A stretch of 64,000 nt of DNA from Octopus vulgaris (taxonomy: Eukaryota), in assembly GCA_951406725.2 (NCBI GenBank), contig OX597834.1, forward strand, positions 5,270,001-5,334,000, read 5' to 3'. Positions 61,204 through 64,000 of this stretch are shown piece by piece. How positions within the stretch are numbered: the stretch's first letter is position 1; every line of letters starts with the position of its first letter. The translations under genes and the position numbers were made by a program. A model generated the notes under the pieces. It was not told the DNA's origin and did no database searches. It saw only the letters and a program-made list of their open reading frames with translations.

Positions 61204-63295
61204 TTGAAATTATGAGATAATGAGTGATAAATTCAGAACAATGTGAATAAATAAGCATCACATTTGATAATCTGAATGCTAAAGGGTGTTCTATGTGGAA
61301 ATCAACGGTGACCGATTTTATTCCAAAGATCAAAGTTGGTTAGGTTCAATCTAAGAGAAAATATTTTTGTTTTTACTCAGTTTGGTCTAGTGGAAGATGA
61401 CACTTTTATTATGTTCGGCTGTTTAGGTTTAAATGCTGCAGAATGGACTCACCAGACCTTTTCTTTCCTTTGAGTCACATGATCCAGTGGCTTACCAAAC
61501 TAGTTGCATCTATTGGTCGGTTACTAACTGTTCAGTCGTGTGTTTGCATCACTTTGTTTACAACGCTGTAAAGACCACTTCGTCTCTGGAACCTGCTTTG
61601 CTTTGTCTTCGGCAGCAGCCACTGGCCACACACCATGTCTCTTTTGACTAGCATCGATGAATCAGAAATCCAGCCTGTCTCACAGCTTTCTTTAACTAGC
61701 CTTCTCCAGTCTTCATCATTACCGCAACGGACAATCGACTGCAACCACATCAACAGATCCAGCAAGAACTGACTCTAATATAATCATCATTCACTTTTGT
61801 CAATCTTATTTTGATAACGAGAGAAATAAATCATTGCTTATTCAACTTATCCAAATATTATCATTTCATTCTTCTTTATTTGTTATAACTGCAATAGCAT
61901 TTCTGCAGAGAATGGCCAAAGAGACAAAGCTAACACCACAAGGCATCCTGTCCGACTTACTAATGATTCAGCCGGTTCACCCTTTTTCACTTTTTGTGAG
62001 CCCGAAGGATTGAAAGGTAAAGTTAAACTTGCGAGTCTTAGTTCTTAGAATACAAGAAACTTGAGTAAGTATCACAAGGCATTTGGTCTCCTCACCCAGT
62101 AATTTGTGAGGTAGCTAGTTAATGCTGGGAAATATATTGTTGAATAACTAACAACTGTTGGTTGTTAGTTATTTGTTGGCCAAATAATAATTAAAAAATT
62201 ATATTGTTGCTTACTGCCGGTCAGCTAAAGTTTAACAGATTATAATTACTTACTTTCCAGTAAGATTTTCATTACAAAGTGTATCACAAACAACTATATT
62301 ATAAAATGAACCCTTCACTTTTTGTGATTGTACAGTAAATTTGTTTAGGTCAACTGGTATGAATAGAAACCTTGGATTATGATATAAATAAATGAGAAGA
62401 GGTATGGGGTACATGAGTACAGATTCTATGCTTGGTAATAACCTGATAAATTTGAGATTAAACTACTGAAATAGTGAACCTAGTTGTTATATGTGCAGGT
62501 CTTACTTCTGTCATGGTTTTCTCCTTCTAATTAAGATACACAACTGCATGCATAATTTTTCATAACTGACAAACTCAAGATAAAATTTGTTGTTATTGAA
62601 AGTTTAGCATTAATAACAGCATTTATCTTTAAAATCAGTTACACCAAAAATCTTGAAACGAAAGCACCCTCTTGAATGCAAACAAAAAGACTGAACTGAA
62701 TTGGTGAAAACAAGGATATGTGCATGTTAGATATGTTAGAATAAACATAGGCTGGAAATTATTTGGAGAAAGGGATCACAGTAGATACATTCTCTGCTGG
62801 AATAGGTTAAAGTTAAAGAGAAATTCTTGTCTTGAAAATGAAAAAAAAAATGGATAAGGTAAAATTAATGAGGAGATTATATATTTTGGAAAGGAGATGA
62901 ATGATGTGTTTCTGCAAATTTTAATATGCTTTTGCTTAGCACAACAAACACTTTAGAAAACCAAGACTGTGAATTACCCTCAGCCAGTATTTAATATGGG
63001 TCTCAGAGACGAGGATAGGCCCAAGATTATCTGTAGGGCTTCTCCCTAAAAATGTTCAGCCACATTGAATTACTGGAGGACTCTCCATCTCATAAATCCC
63101 CAAATCAATCTTGTTCTAATATGCCTTTGAGTCCTGGTTGCCACATACGGCTACATCTGCTCCCAAGAATCTCCCTGAAAGTTAAATAAGCAAGAAGAGT
63201 AGCCTTGTTTAGATAACAGTTGAATTTCTTTCATCATCTGTTCCAAGTTAATTTAAAGAACAGAGTACATAACGTGGTCCTAGATATAATATATA

Positions 63296-63534
63296 TTACT
63301 CTTTTACTCTTTTACTTGTTTTAATCATTTGACTGTGGCCATGCTGGAGCACCGCCTTTTAGTCGAGCAAATCGACCCCAGGACTTATTCTTTGTAAGCC
63401 TTGTACTTATTCTATCGGTCCCTTTTGCCGAACCGCTAAGTTACGGAGACGTAAACACACCAGCATCGGTTGTCAAGTGATGTTGGGGGGACAAACACAG
63501 ACACACAAACACACAGACACACAAACACACAAAC

Positions 63535-63606
<72 letters not shown>

Positions 63607-63762
63607 GACGGGCTTCTTTCAGTTTCCGTCTATCAAATCCATTCACAAGGCTTTGGTCGGCCCGAGGCTATAGTAGAAGACAGTTGCCCAAGGTGCCACG
63701 GTGTGGAACTGAACCCGTAACCATGTGGTTGGTAAGCAAGCTACTTACCATTCCTGCGCCTA
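63296..63762 (-). mobile_element. SINE family A, full length
   Basis: Reverse complement of family A with an expanded (CA)/(TA) centre. Confidence 0.9.
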
Positions 63763-64000
63763 TATGCAGATAAAAAAAAGTATTATTGTCATAGTGGGGA
63801 CAGATTTGATCATAAGTCTGTCAGGTTTATCAATACTGGCTTGGAGTAAACAATAACAACATCAACAATTAAAATCAAATTATGCCAAAATGGTCATTTA
63901 TAATGTGATACTTGCTGATCTGTGGTCGTTCATAAAATACAGGTACTGAATCAGTCTTTGCTATGTCTGATTTGAAACGATACAAATTTCAAAACTGGAA

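Noticed and set aside
61433-61780. GC-richer segment with short ORFs and a GTGAGT donor on the minus strand
   Set aside because: No recognisable protein family and no frame open through to the donor. It could be a non-coding exon or an old TE, but neither is supported.

Overview
AT-rich, repeat-saturated animal (eukaryotic) DNA. The SINE, RTE/CR1 LINE, Helitron and (TA)n/(TATC)n/(CA)n landscape looks like an octopus/cephalopod genome (inference). I see no convincing host protein-coding exon, and almost all listed ORFs are microsatellite or SINE translations. The window holds: a decayed autonomous Helitron RepHel gene (minus strand, about 21.4-25.2 kb) with an apparent spliceosomal intron; a second Helitron helicase/3' end; several non-autonomous Helitrons; fragments of RTE, CR1/L2-like, Tx1-like and RLE-type LINEs; a mariner remnant; a TIR MITE family with 8-9 bp TSDs; a hAT MITE; and four SINE-like families (labelled A-D here). 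The most interesting signal is a set of short, mutually unrelated islands, mostly inside (TA)n microsatellites and often fold-back. These share a minimal type I hammerhead-ribozyme fold (core-stem II-GAAA-palindromic stem III-GUH), including U3-A8 compensated and U4C core variants. This suggests several Penelope-like or retrozyme-like families that target TA repeats. All coordinates were read by eye, and repeat boundaries are approximate.
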